Source: Candidatus Paceibacter sp. (lineage in GTDB: Bacteria; Patescibacteriota; Minisyncoccia; UBA6257; 02-FULL-45-10c). From it: a stretch of DNA of 64,000 nt. The position numbers and the translations under genes are program-made. Numbering within the stretch: the stretch's first letter is position 1; every line of letters begins with the position of its first letter. Location of the stretch: positions 6,116 to 70,115 of the forward strand of contig DYGE01000005.1 of NCBI GenBank assembly GCA_020724845.1, written 5' to 3'. Under the pieces are notes generated by a model. The model saw nothing but the letters and a program-made list of their open reading frames with translations. It made no database searches and was not told the origin of the DNA. Below are positions 1-9,351 of the stretch, one piece after another.

Positions 1-2149
1 GTATCGCATCACCAATACGGATACCGACTGAACCAGTAGGAGGGCTGATGACAAATACCGTGCTTCCGTTATCTTTAATTGCAAAATTGCTAGTACCGGT
101 AAGAGAAGCAAAATCCCATTTTCTTCCGGTTGAGGTATCGGTCAAGCGCAAAAATTCACCTGAAGCCCCCTCAATATCCACCTTCGCATCAGGAGAATCA
201 GTTCCAATACCGACTCTGCCACTTGAACCAACAACGGCAAATTGAGAAGAGCCAATTGCAAGTCCTTGTCCATTCGCAATAGTGGAAGTTCCAGAAGTTC
301 CGGTAAGCGATAAGGTGCCAGTCGCGGTTATACCGGCTAAACTTAAGTCGCCGGAAAATAGACCGTTACCTTGAACGGAGAATAACTTGGATGGCGAAGT
401 GGTGCCGATGCCGACGTTGCCATCACCTTGGACTTCTAAATAACTAGCCGAGCCGCTCCTATCTTGGACTAGTAAAGAGGTATCCGCTGAAGTTCCGCCA
501 GCCTTTATCACTAGTCCAAAACTTGTGCCTGCGGCGGCGCTATTAGAAATATCAGCAACATAATTACCAGCGCTGCTCGGATTTACCACCAACCCCGCAG
601 TGCCATTCGCAACTAACCCCGAGGCGGTTAAAGATCCGGTCGCGGTCAAATTAGCCAAGTTTAGATTTCCGGAAAACAACCCATCGCCGTGAACGGAAAA
701 AAGAGATGACGGAGAAGTGGTAGCAATGCCCACATTGCCTGTATTAGTAATAATCGCCCGATTGTTGCCCCTAGTGGCAAAATAGATATTACCCGAACCG
801 TTCAAGTCAGCGTCCGCCGCCACATTTACATCGCCGTCGTTGGAGACTCCGGTAGAAGTCGCCGAAGCAGTGCTTAAAATTGTCCCATCGGCAAATACGA
901 GCCCGTTCCCCACTCCGGAGATTTTAATGTTTCCTTCCACATCCAATTTTTGCGAAGGCGAAGTTGTGCCTATTCCAACATTGCCGTCAACAAAAAGCGT
1001 ACTGTAAAGCCGAGCCGCGCCGGTAACCTGCAGGGTAGAAGACGCTTGTAAGGCGCCGGCATTGCTTTGGGTTCCGTCGATTGTCACGCCGCCGTAAAAT
1101 CTCGCATCGCCAGTTGTTTGTAAAGTTGAGGAAGCGTAAATCGCTGCCGAAGAATTAGCCAGGAGGTTGCCTGACAAAGTCCCTCCGGAAAGCGGAAGAT
1201 AGTTGGAAGCGGTAATATTGTCCGGCACATCGGCATCGGTAATTGACCCGGATTCAAAAGTAGGGTTCACGATAGTAACGTTGGAAATCTGGTCAATCCT
1301 GCTATTTAAGCTCATAGCACTGAACAGGCTTTCAATATCCGCCTGCTGTTTCTGCTGAAGCTGGGTAATTAAGTTTTGTAATTCCAAAAGCCTTGTCTCA
1401 TCAAGCACTACCTGGGTCTCAACGGTCTCGACTTCTCTGACAGTCTGGGTTTCCCGAATAACTTGCTGCAGCTCCGGAAGGCGGGCAGAAATAATTTCCA
1501 CCAGGCGGTTGATAGTTTCATCGCTCAATTCCCGCGGGGCAGAAAGGCCGGCATCGCTGATCTGGCTGATTTCTTCCGGAGTAAAAATTTCCGGCAGATT
1601 GAATTCTCTAACTTTCTGGAGCAGTTCTATCGCCAACTCCTTTTGTTCAGGAGTGAGAAGCGGAGGAGAAGGCTGGGGGGCAAACAATTGCCTTGCCCTT
1701 GGCGCAATGTATTCCGGAGCAAGCTGTACGGACTGGATAATACCTTCTCCGGTCTCCCGGATAAGCCGGGTAGTTTCCAGCACTCCTTGCCCGAAAATCT
1801 GCCCGGATAGCTGGGCTAAAGCAGACACGGATTTGTAAACCCGGAAATCAGAATCGCCCGCGTTCAAATTGGGCGAAAAAGATGTCAAGAAATCAGCCAA
1901 AAATTGTTTATTTTGCCGATGAATCCCTGCGTACTTTAACAAAGAAGCTTTAGCGTTAAAGACAGCCGCGTCAAGATATTTATCCAATGAATTACGTAAA
2001 TCAAATTCCGATTCACTCTCTTTGGCGTAAACAAGCCGCAAACCGAAAGCATTTTCCTTCGCGTAAGAAACAAAAACTAGCCCAAAAGCTAGGAAAAATA
2101 GCAACAAAATTAACTTAATTTTCCTTCCGATTACGGGATTTCCAGTCAC
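1..2149 (-). CDS. Large surface/fibre-like protein with repeated GNVGIGTTSP motifs (partial, runs off the left edge; absent from the ORF track)
   Basis: Hand translation from GTG at 2149 is open for 716 codons to the window edge. Hydrophobic N-terminus (LILLLFFLAFGLVFVSYA), a helical region, then S/T/G-rich beta repeats with GNVGIGTTSP, GNVGIATTSP, GNVGIGTTSP and GRVGIGTDSP. Confidence 0.8.
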   Translation of the reverse strand, partial: MTGNPVIGRKIKLILLLFFLAFGLVFVSYAKENAFGLRLVYAKESESEFDLRNSLDKYLDAAVFNAKASLLKYAGIHRQNKQFLADFLTSFSPNLNAGDSDFRVYKSVSALAQLSGQIFGQGVLETTRLIRETGEGIIQSVQLAPEYIAPRARQLFAPQPSPPLLTPEQKELAIELLQKVREFNLPEIFTPEEISQISDAGLSAPRELSDETINRLVEIISARLPELQQVIRETQTVREVETVETQVVLDETRLLELQNLITQLQQKQQADIESLFSAMSLNSRIDQISNVTIVNPTFESGSITDADVPDNITASNYLPLSGGTLSGNLLANSSAAIYASSTLQTTGDARFYGGVTIDGTQSNAGALQASSTLQVTGAARLYSTLFVDGNVGIGTTSPSQKLDVEGNIKISGVGNGLVFADGTILSTASATSTGVSNDGDVNVAADADLNGSGNIYFATRGNNRAIITNTGNVGIATTSPSSLFSVHGDGLFSGNLNLANLTATGSLTASGLVANGTAGLVVNPSSAGNYVADISNSAAAGTSFGLVIKAGGTSADTSLLVQDRSGSASYLEVQGDGNVGIGTTSPSKLFSVQGNGLFSGDLSLAGITATGTLSLTGTSGTSTIANGQGLAIGSSQFAVVGSSGRVGIGTDSPDAKVDIEGASGEFLRLTDTSTGRKWDFASLTGTSNFAIKDNGSTVFVISPPTGSVGIRIGDAI

Positions 2150-2213
2150 TATATAATTTTATCAAATGGCCACTATATTATATATGCCAAGATGTGAATA
2201 ACTTTCCTTACGG

Positions 2214-4394
2214 CTAATCGAGTTTTAAACTTAAAACTTTCGATACGCCGTCTTCCTCCATGGTGACGCCGTAGAGAACGTCGGCGGCTTCCATAGTGGC
2301 GCGGTTATGGGTAACAATGATAAATTGGGTCTTTTTTGAAAAATTACGCACAATATCGGCAAATCTTTTAGTGTTTTTCTCGTCCAAGGCGGCGTCCACC
2401 TCGTCCAGAACTAAAAATGGCGGCGGGCTTACCGAAATCAAAGCAAAAAGAGCGGCAATGGAAACTAAGCTCTTCTCTCCCCCGGAGAGCATGTCCAAGC
2501 CGTGAATCCTTTTCCTCGGCAAACTTAAATCAATCTCAATGCCCAATTGTTTGGAAAGCTCGTCTTCTTCCATTTCTTTTTGGTGTTCTTTAATCTCCGC
2601 TTCCATCTCTTCCGAAGGCGCCTCTTTGACAACCGGCTTTTCCAAAAACATTTTTGCTTTTCCCCCGCCGAACATCAGGTTGAAGAATTTATCAAATTCA
2701 TCGTTGATCTTCTTCAGAGAATCAGTAAAGCCGGTGTGGATTTTATCCTCCAGCTCTTTAATCAGCTGTTCCAAATCCTGAAAAGCTTTTTCCAAATCCT
2801 CCAGCTGGCCGGCTAGGAAATTATGGCGCTCTTCGGTGTCTTTGGCTTCTTGAAGAAGCGCTTGGTCAATATCGCCAATGCCGGCAACTTCCGATCGCAG
2901 TTTTAAGATTCTCCGCTCCAGCGCCGGAAGATCCTCCACCGGAGGCGGTCCGCCAACCGGCGGATTCGCCAATTCTTCAAATTCCTGGATATTTCTCCCT
3001 ACTTGAGAAAGCTGCATCTCCAAATCCTGCCGGCGCAGATTAAATCTTTCAACCTCAAATAAAACTCTGTTTTTTTCGCTGTCCAGTTTGGAAATTTCAT
3101 CTTTCTTTTTTTCCACTTTATCAAAAGCCTCCCTGAATTCCTTATTGAATTGCTCCAGTTCATCAGCCGATGACTCTTCAACTTTCGCTAATCTTTCCAA
3201 CTCCTCCCGAATCGGTTGAAGTTTTTGCATCAAAGCGTCTTTAGCATTTTTTAAATCAGAAATTTCTTCCTTCTTTTTGGAAGAAGCGTCTGTCATCCCC
3301 GCAATTTTAGAAAGCAAAACCCGCAGTTCCTCATGCACCTTTCCTAAATCTTGTTCCTGCAATAATCCGGAAACTGCTTCTTTTACCTCCCCAAGGAGGG
3401 CCAGCAGCTCCCCGGAACGTAGATCCAGATTTTCGCTGGCGGCCACCGAGTGCAAAAACTCTATTTTGGCGTCCAGCTTTCCGACTTCCAGTTCTATTCT
3501 GGATCTTTCTTGAAGAAGCGCGTCCCTCTTTTTCCTGGCCTCGCTCATCTGATTTTTCTGCTTCGGCTGGCCGGATTCCACTTTATCAAGCGCGGACCTC
3601 AAATCATTCAACTCCTTTTGTTTTCCGGAAATTTCCGAATCAATCCGTTTTATTTCCGGGTCAAACTTCCGCAGGCCGTCCTGAATTTCTTTCAGTTTAT
3701 TCGCAAAGAAGATGTCTTCGCATTCCCGCAATTCTTTTTCTATATCGGAGAGCTTCTCCCATTTGGAAGTCTGGCGCTTTAAAAATCTAAGATGCGGGGC
3801 GATTTCCTCAATCATGGCCCGCACTTTTTCAATATTTATATTGGTATTTTTCAGCTTACGCTCCGCCTCGTGTTTCTTCAGCTGATATTGGCGCAAGCCC
3901 AGAATTTCTTCAATCATCGCCCGACGCTCCTGCGGCGTGGCGCGAACAAATAAATCGCTGGAACCCTGATTGATGATGGAAAGCCCGCGAGTTCCCAAGC
4001 GGACTTTCGCAAAAAAATCTATGATGTCTTTCAAGCGAACTTCCGCTTTGTTCATAAAGTATTTGGAGGTGCCGTCACGATCTATTCTTCTAATAATAGT
4101 CACCTCGTTAAAATCCACCGGAAAAAATCCGGAGCTGTTGTCAAAAGTAATAGCTACTTGGGCCATTCCCATTCTCGGACGTTTCGGGGTGCCGGCAAAA
4201 ATTAAATCCCCGGCCTTGCCGCCGCGCAAGTGCTTCGCTTCCCGCTCGCCCAAAATCCAGCGGATAGCGTCAATAACATTGCTTTTACCGCTGCCGTTCG
4301 GGCCGACAATCCCGGCGATACCGCCGGGAAAATCCAAAGTTGTTTTAGGAGCGAAAGATTTAAAACCCAATAATTCTAAACGCTTTAGATACAT
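2214..4394 (-). CDS. smc: SMC-family chromosome segregation ATPase, short form (726 aa)
   Basis: MYLKRLELLGFKSF, Walker A GPNGSGKSN, LSGGEK signature, Walker B/D-loop LDEVDAALD, H-loop IIVTH, long coiled coil. Confidence 0.92.
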   Translation of the reverse strand: MYLKRLELLGFKSFAPKTTLDFPGGIAGIVGPNGSGKSNVIDAIRWILGEREAKHLRGGKAGDLIFAGTPKRPRMGMAQVAITFDNSSGFFPVDFNEVTIIRRIDRDGTSKYFMNKAEVRLKDIIDFFAKVRLGTRGLSIINQGSSDLFVRATPQERRAMIEEILGLRQYQLKKHEAERKLKNTNINIEKVRAMIEEIAPHLRFLKRQTSKWEKLSDIEKELRECEDIFFANKLKEIQDGLRKFDPEIKRIDSEISGKQKELNDLRSALDKVESGQPKQKNQMSEARKKRDALLQERSRIELEVGKLDAKIEFLHSVAASENLDLRSGELLALLGEVKEAVSGLLQEQDLGKVHEELRVLLSKIAGMTDASSKKKEEISDLKNAKDALMQKLQPIREELERLAKVEESSADELEQFNKEFREAFDKVEKKKDEISKLDSEKNRVLFEVERFNLRRQDLEMQLSQVGRNIQEFEELANPPVGGPPPVEDLPALERRILKLRSEVAGIGDIDQALLQEAKDTEERHNFLAGQLEDLEKAFQDLEQLIKELEDKIHTGFTDSLKKINDEFDKFFNLMFGGGKAKMFLEKPVVKEAPSEEMEAEIKEHQKEMEEDELSKQLGIEIDLSLPRKRIHGLDMLSGGEKSLVSIAALFALISVSPPPFLVLDEVDAALDEKNTKRFADIVRNFSKKTQFIIVTHNRATMEAADVLYGVTMEEDGVSKVLSLKLD

Positions 4395-4461
4395 AACTAA
4401 TATAAATTATATAATTAATATAAACATTATATCCCAGCCGAGGAAAAAGAAAAATCCGCCC

Positions 4462-6300
4462 TTAGGCGGATCCGTTACAGATTAGATCAATCTCTTCGGA
4501 GTTAAGTTCTCCCTTTTCAAAAAGCGCCTCTGCCAACTTCTCAAGAGTTCGCTTATGCTCTTTGAGCAACGTCAGAACCTCGCTTCTGGCCTTGCTGATT
4601 ATATCCCCAACTTCGGCATTAACGTCATCCAGCATCTTTGAAGAGGGGTTGGAGGAAGCGTTCTCGTACATCATCTGGTTTCTCAATCCTTGATTTTCCG
4701 GGACAACTATCAAGTTCTTGCCCATCCCCCACTTAGCAACCATATGCCAGGCAAGCTGACTCGCTTTCCGCAAGTCGTCCGATGCCCCGTTAGTTACCTT
4801 ATTATCGTCTCCGCTAAAGAACAGCAGCTCACCGGTCCGTCCGCCCAGCAATATCTTAATGCGATTCAGGGCCGCCTCTTTGGAAGTCAGCTTTTTATCG
4901 TCATCCGGAAGCTGAAGGGTATACCCAAGGGCCTCGCCATGCGACAGCAAAGTAACCTTGTGCACCGGATCAGAGCTAAGCAGTTTTGCCACCAAGGTAT
5001 GCCCGCTCTCGTGATAAGCGACGATCTTCTTTTCCTCGCCGACAAGGATAGGCCTTTTCCGCTTCGGTCCGGCTATCACCCGCTCAATCGCCTCTTCCAA
5101 TTCCGATTGCTGAACGGTTTCTTTGTCATGCCTGGCCGCGAGCAAAGCGGCCTCATTAATCACATTCGCCAGATCGGCGCCGGTGAAGGTCGGAGTTCTT
5201 TGCGCGATAACTTTCAGATTCGCGCCAGGGTCCAACTTAACATTCGCGGCGTGAACCTGAAGAATTTCCTCTCTGTCTTTAAGAGTCGGAAGCGGAATCG
5301 GAACCTTTCGATCAAACCGCCCGGGTCGAGTCAAGGCCGGATCCAGAACTTCAGGCATGTTAGTCGCGCCAATGAGAATTATCTCGTCGCTGGCATCAAA
5401 ACCGTCCAATTCCACCAGGAGCTGGTTAAGGGTTTGTTCCCGCTCGTCATGTCCGCTGCCAATTCCGGAAAATCTTTTCCGGCCGACTGAATCCAGCTCA
5501 TCAATAAAGATGACTGCTCGGCCGGCCTGTCTGGCCTGATTGAACAAGTCTCTGACTCTGGAAGCGCCGACGCCGACAAACATCTCCACGAATTCCGAGC
5601 CGGAACCCTTGAAAAAAGCGACATTGGCTTCTCCGGCCACCGCTTTGGCAAGCAAAGTTTTACCGTTGCCGGGCGGACCAACCAGAAGGACTCCCTTTGG
5701 AACTTTTCCGCCCAGTTTTCGAAACTTCGCGGGATTTTTCAGAAACTCAACGACTTCCTGCAATTCTTCTTTGGCTTCCTCGCAACCAGCAACGTCTTTG
5801 AATGTCACGTCGCCGGCTTTTTTCTGGTGCCGCTTGGCTTTGGACTGGCCGAAAGAGAACGCGGCCTTGCCGCCTTTAGCCATCGGCCTAATCACTATAA
5901 ACCACCAAGCGCCAAAGAAAAGTGCCAGCCAAAAGAGGTTCCCGATTATTGAAGCTATCCAGCTTCTATCGGGCATTCTCTTATAAGTAACCTTGCTTTT
6001 TTCCGCCAATTTCCTAATCTCCTCAGCCTCTTCCAAAGTCGCCGGCAAAGTATAAACTTTCCGCGACCTAGCCGACGACTGATTGCCGGACTTGGCTTGC
6101 GGATCGCGCAATTCGCCGGTGATTTTCTCTCCAGAATATTCTAAATTATCAACTTTCTTCGCCGAAATATATTCTTTAAATTGCGTAGGACTAATCTCCG
6201 CCGGGGCAGTCAACCCTTTAAAAAGACTGAGAAGGAAGATAAACGCGCCAATCAAGATAAGCATCTTCCAGGGACTGCCTTGCGAAACTCGACCGCTCAT
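4462..6300 (-). CDS. ftsH: ATP-dependent zinc metalloprotease FtsH
   Basis: Two N-terminal TM segments, FKDVAG, Walker [32 protein letters not shown], zinc motif HESGH, GASDDL. Confidence 0.95.
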   Translation of the reverse strand: MSGRVSQGSPWKMLILIGAFIFLLSLFKGLTAPAEISPTQFKEYISAKKVDNLEYSGEKITGELRDPQAKSGNQSSARSRKVYTLPATLEEAEEIRKLAEKSKVTYKRMPDRSWIASIIGNLFWLALFFGAWWFIVIRPMAKGGKAAFSFGQSKAKRHQKKAGDVTFKDVAGCEEAKEELQEVVEFLKNPAKFRKLGGKVPKGVLLVGPPGNGKTLLAKAVAGEANVAFFKGSGSEFVEMFVGVGASRVRDLFNQARQAGRAVIFIDELDSVGRKRFSGIGSGHDEREQTLNQLLVELDGFDASDEIILIGATNMPEVLDPALTRPGRFDRKVPIPLPTLKDREEILQVHAANVKLDPGANLKVIAQRTPTFTGADLANVINEAALLAARHDKETVQQSELEEAIERVIAGPKRKRPILVGEEKKIVAYHESGHTLVAKLLSSDPVHKVTLLSHGEALGYTLQLPDDDKKLTSKEAALNRIKILLGGRTGELLFFSGDDNKVTNGASDDLRKASQLAWHMVAKWGMGKNLIVVPENQGLRNQMMYENASSNPSSKMLDDVNAEVGDIISKARSEVLTLLKEHKRTLEKLAEALFEKGELNSEEIDLICNGSA

Positions 6301-6346
6301 CCGGATCTCCTATTCTTTTTATATCAATGCTGTATAAATAAAAACA

Positions 6347-6375
6347 TAAAAACGGCCGCGCCGCAAGCCGTTTTT
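6347..6375 (-). terminator. Intrinsic terminator after rnc (possibly bidirectional)
   Basis: aaaaacggc-cgcgccgcaa-gccgttttt hairpin with A/T tracts on both sides. Confidence 0.6.
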
Positions 6376-6395
6376 AATCCGAAGCAATTTTTAAA

Positions 6396-7079
6396 TTATC
6401 CGATTTTCTCCAGAGCCAACCTGGCCGCTTCTATTTCAGCGTCTTGCTTAGACAGGCCCTTGCCTCGGGCTATTTCTTTGTCGTTGATAAACACTCCTAC
6501 CGTGAAAACTTTTTTATGATCCGGACCGCTGTCGCCAATCAGCTTATAAGCCGGAGTTTCCTTAAACTTTGCTTGCGATTCTTCCTGCAATAAACTCTTC
6601 GGATCTTTATATAGGCCCTTACTAATAACTTCTCCGATTTCCGGAAGAACAACTGCATCAACAAAATTTTGCGCCGCCGCGTATCCCCCATCCAGATAGA
6701 TCGCCCCGATTAAGGCCTCCATAGCATTGGCGAGGATAACTTCCCTGGCGCGCCCGACGTCCTTGGCCTCTCCCCTGGACATTAGAAGAAAATTTTCCAG
6801 CTTAATTTTGCGGGATAGCTTAGCCAGCATCTGATAATTGACCAGAGCGGCCCGGAAAGTAGTCAATTTGCCCTCCTGCTCTTCCGGGAATTTTTCAAAT
6901 AAGGCTTCAGTGGAAGCCAGTTCCAAAACGGCATCGCCGAGGAATTCCAATCGCTCGTTGTGAGGCAATCCCCACTTCGGATTCTCGTTTAAATAAGACC
7001 TGTGCGTCAGGGCTTCCCTTAGCAGATCTTTGTTTTTAAATTCGTAAGAGATCAGTTTCTCTAATTTTTCTGTATTCAA
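6396..7079 (-). CDS. rnc: Ribonuclease III
   Basis: ALTHRSY, signature NERLEFLGDAVL, EALIGAIYLD, C-terminal dsRBD (DPKSLLQE...GPDH...SKQDAEIEAA). Confidence 0.97.
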   Translation of the reverse strand: MNTEKLEKLISYEFKNKDLLREALTHRSYLNENPKWGLPHNERLEFLGDAVLELASTEALFEKFPEEQEGKLTTFRAALVNYQMLAKLSRKIKLENFLLMSRGEAKDVGRAREVILANAMEALIGAIYLDGGYAAAQNFVDAVVLPEIGEVISKGLYKDPKSLLQEESQAKFKETPAYKLIGDSGPDHKKVFTVGVFINDKEIARGKGLSKQDAEIEAARLALEKIG

Positions 7080-7086
7080 ATTATTT

Positions 7087-7166
7087 TACGAACGTACGAA
7101 AATGTACGAAAGTACGAAAGTTTTGCTATTTTTTCGTAATTTCGTATGTCTTCGTAACTTCGTACG
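7087..7166. repeat. Short-period inverted repeat hairpin (TACGAA x4 / TTCGTA x4)
   Basis: Four TACGAA units then four TTCGTA units at 8-10-nt spacing between nusB and rnc. Confidence 0.85.
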
Positions 7167-7168
7167 GA

Positions 7169-7669
7169 TTACTTATTTTCCTCTTTCTCTTCTTGGCTGC
7201 CTGCCCGGTCAGAGGACGGGTCTTTTGGTTTGGGTTTATCATCTTTGCCCGGTTCGCCGATTTCTCTGTAAACAGTCCCTAAAACTCCGTTGATGAATTT
7301 GCCAGAATTCGGGCCGCCATAGTTTTTGGCAATTTCAATCGCCTCATTAATAGCCACCTTCGGCGGGACTTCTTCACGGTCGGCAAACAATAATTCATAA
7401 AGCCCGATTCTTAAGGCATTCCTGTCAACCGGAGCAATCTGCTCCAATGGCCAGTCGGGAGCGGCTTTAGTAATAATATCATCTATCTCTTTTTTATGCT
7501 CAATGACACCCTTCGCTAATTTCCAAGCAAATTCCGGCTCATCAATGCCGGGACCGAATTCCTGAAGATTCCTCTCCAAAATGCCGGTAAAATCGGCTTT
7601 TTGCTTATAAAAATCCCACTCGTAAAGAGATTGAAGAACTATTGATCTGCAAAGTTGTCGAGTTGCCAT
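7169..7669 (-). CDS. nusB: Transcription antitermination factor NusB
   Basis: [56 protein letters not shown]. Confidence 0.95.
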   Translation of the reverse strand: MATRQLCRSIVLQSLYEWDFYKQKADFTGILERNLQEFGPGIDEPEFAWKLAKGVIEHKKEIDDIITKAAPDWPLEQIAPVDRNALRIGLYELLFADREEVPPKVAINEAIEIAKNYGGPNSGKFINGVLGTVYREIGEPGKDDKPKPKDPSSDRAGSQEEKEENK

Positions 7670-7670
7670 A

Positions 7671-7765
7671 TACGAAATCTAATTACGAAAGTACGAAACG
7701 GTACGAATGTACGAAATTCTTTTGACTACCCCTTTCGTACTTTAGTATATTTTCGTAATTTCGTA
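7671..7765. repeat. Second TACGAA/TTCGTA short-period hairpin
   Basis: Five TACGAA units then three to four TTCGTA-like units between rpmF and nusB. Confidence 0.85.
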
Positions 7766-7772
7766 AGCTGAT

Positions 7773-7925
7773 TTATTTCTGTTTGCAATTTGAACAAATC
7801 TTATGAGCAAGTTTCGGGGCCTGGCAATTCTGGCAAACCGCCAGCTGGACTTTTTTCAAAGCCAAATGAGATCGGCGGCGGCCAACCTTTGATCTTGTAT
7901 GATGTTTTACTGGCACTCCTCCCAT
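7773..7925 (-). CDS. rpmF: 50S ribosomal protein L32 (50 aa, below ORF-track cutoff)
   Basis: Hand translation MGGVPVKHHTRSKVGRRRSHLALKKVQLAVCQNCQAPKLAHKICSNCKQK, with a CxxC...CxxC zinc ribbon. Confidence 0.95.
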   Translation of the reverse strand: MGGVPVKHHTRSKVGRRRSHLALKKVQLAVCQNCQAPKLAHKICSNCKQK

Positions 7926-8010
7926 AGTTAAAATTATACCTTAATTAAGATAAAGTTATACTCTTTCCCGCCGAATGTCAACAGATCACAGGGCACTATC
8001 TCTGAATATA

Positions 8011-8256
8011 AGGAAAACCATGCTATTTCCGGACATTCGGGCTGCGCAGTGGGGACAAAGTGTCATAACCAGAAAGTATCCTCCTACCGGCACCAGCGTA
8101 GTTCCGCTCCCGCGGCGGAACTCGCTTACAACTCCCAGCCGGAGTCGCCCATAGGCGACACCAAGCTCCGGCTGGTCCGTTAGTTGCCGCACAGAGGATA
8201 CTTTCTGGTTATGTTTATCAGGTGGAGGCGTTGTCCGGAAATAGCATGGTTTTCCT
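8011..8256. ncRNA. Candidate highly structured non-coding RNA / nested inverted-repeat element
   Basis: 25-bp perfect stem 8011-8035/8232-8256, internal bubble, 20-bp perfect stem 8064-8083/8194-8213, and two apical hairpins. Identity and strand unknown. Confidence 0.55.
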
Positions 8257-8351
8257 AAAAATCTGAAAGTTATTTCCTGCTATACGCGGATTGTACTCCC
8301 CGGATGACCTATGCTATCCTAACCCCATAGTTCTTCGACACAGGGAAAGCA

Positions 8352-9242
8352 GTGAATCCCAAAAGAGAAAAATATTTTATCTTGTCCTTATTTGTCTTGG
8401 CCGGGTCATTTTTCATAATGAATTTGCTGTTCTCCTTAGCCGGGCCCGAATTTTTTAAGGCAATAGGAGTACGAGTATACAGAAAGATGGAAAAGCGGGA
8501 AAGCCAAATCGTCAAAAACGTTCCGGGATTGAAATTCCCGCATAAAGCATATTCTAGCAATGACGGCGATCCAAGTCCGGAAGAAATCTACGAAAAAGCC
8601 GGTTATGTAACCAAGATCGAAGTTTGGCAAGACACGATCCTTCCGGGGATAAAATCTTTCGCCGGATCGGGATCGAGGTCAGTGATCAATTGCAAAACTT
8701 ATGACAAGTGCGTACTCACCGCCTGGCATGTAGTGGACCGCTCCACCTCTACTAATCTTTACTTGGCACGCTTTAAGGATGGGTCACCACCCGAAATCAT
8801 GGAGTTAGTCGGTTGGTCAGAAAAGTATGATTTCGCAGTCCTGAGATTCAGTAACGCGAAGTCAACACCAACAGCGAAGACCGCTGCCGTCATCGGGAAA
8901 TCCTCAGAACTGAAGCCCGGCTCAAAAATCATGGCCATCGGATCCAATATCTTTGGCGATTATTGGTTCAGCGTAGTTGGAAACCTATATAAAGAAGCCG
9001 GCGCCCCCAAGCCAAACTTAAAACTTCAACTTCAAGCGCATGGATTACCGAATGAAAAGGTCTTGATTTTCTCTACGCCGCTTTTCGCCGGCTTCTCCGG
9101 CGGCCCGCTGCTTAACGCAAAAGGAGAGCTGATAGGAATCAGCTCCGCCGTAATTATCATAGACGGGATTCCGACTTATCTAGGGATGCCAATTGACGAA
9201 ATTATGGAAGAGATGGAAGACATGCTTAAACCTGAAAAATAA
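8352..9242 (+). CDS. Membrane-anchored trypsin-like (S1) serine protease without PDZ
   Basis: N-terminal TM segment; triad motifs LTAWHV, YDFAVL, GFSGGPL. Confidence 0.85.
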   Translation: MNPKREKYFILSLFVLAGSFFIMNLLFSLAGPEFFKAIGVRVYRKMEKRESQIVKNVPGLKFPHKAYSSNDGDPSPEEIYEKAGYVTKIEVWQDTILPGIKSFAGSGSRSVINCKTYDKCVLTAWHVVDRSTSTNLYLARFKDGSPPEIMELVGWSEKYDFAVLRFSNAKSTPTAKTAAVIGKSSELKPGSKIMAIGSNIFGDYWFSVVGNLYKEAGAPKPNLKLQLQAHGLPNEKVLIFSTPLFAGFSGGPLLNAKGELIGISSAVIIIDGIPTYLGMPIDEIMEEMEDMLKPEK

Positions 9243-9252
9243 TCAGATAACC

Positions 9253-9282
9253 AAACCGCCAAGCGCAACTAGGCGGTTTTTT
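9253..9282 (+). terminator. Intrinsic terminator after the protease gene
   Basis: aaaccgcc...ggcggtttttt. Confidence 0.65.
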
Positions 9283-9351
9283 ATTTGAAAATACCATCTT
9301 ATCCCCAGAAATTATTGCAACCTCGGAACTCAAAAGATAAAATTACTACAT

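Noticed and set aside
7087-7765. CRISPR array suggested by the TACGAA repeats
   Set aside because: Units are 6-10 nt, inverted, with no 25-45-nt spacers; no cas genes in the window.
7986-8192. 68-aa ORF over the structured element
   Set aside because: Non-ATG start, no recognisable motif; better explained as a chance frame in the hairpin.
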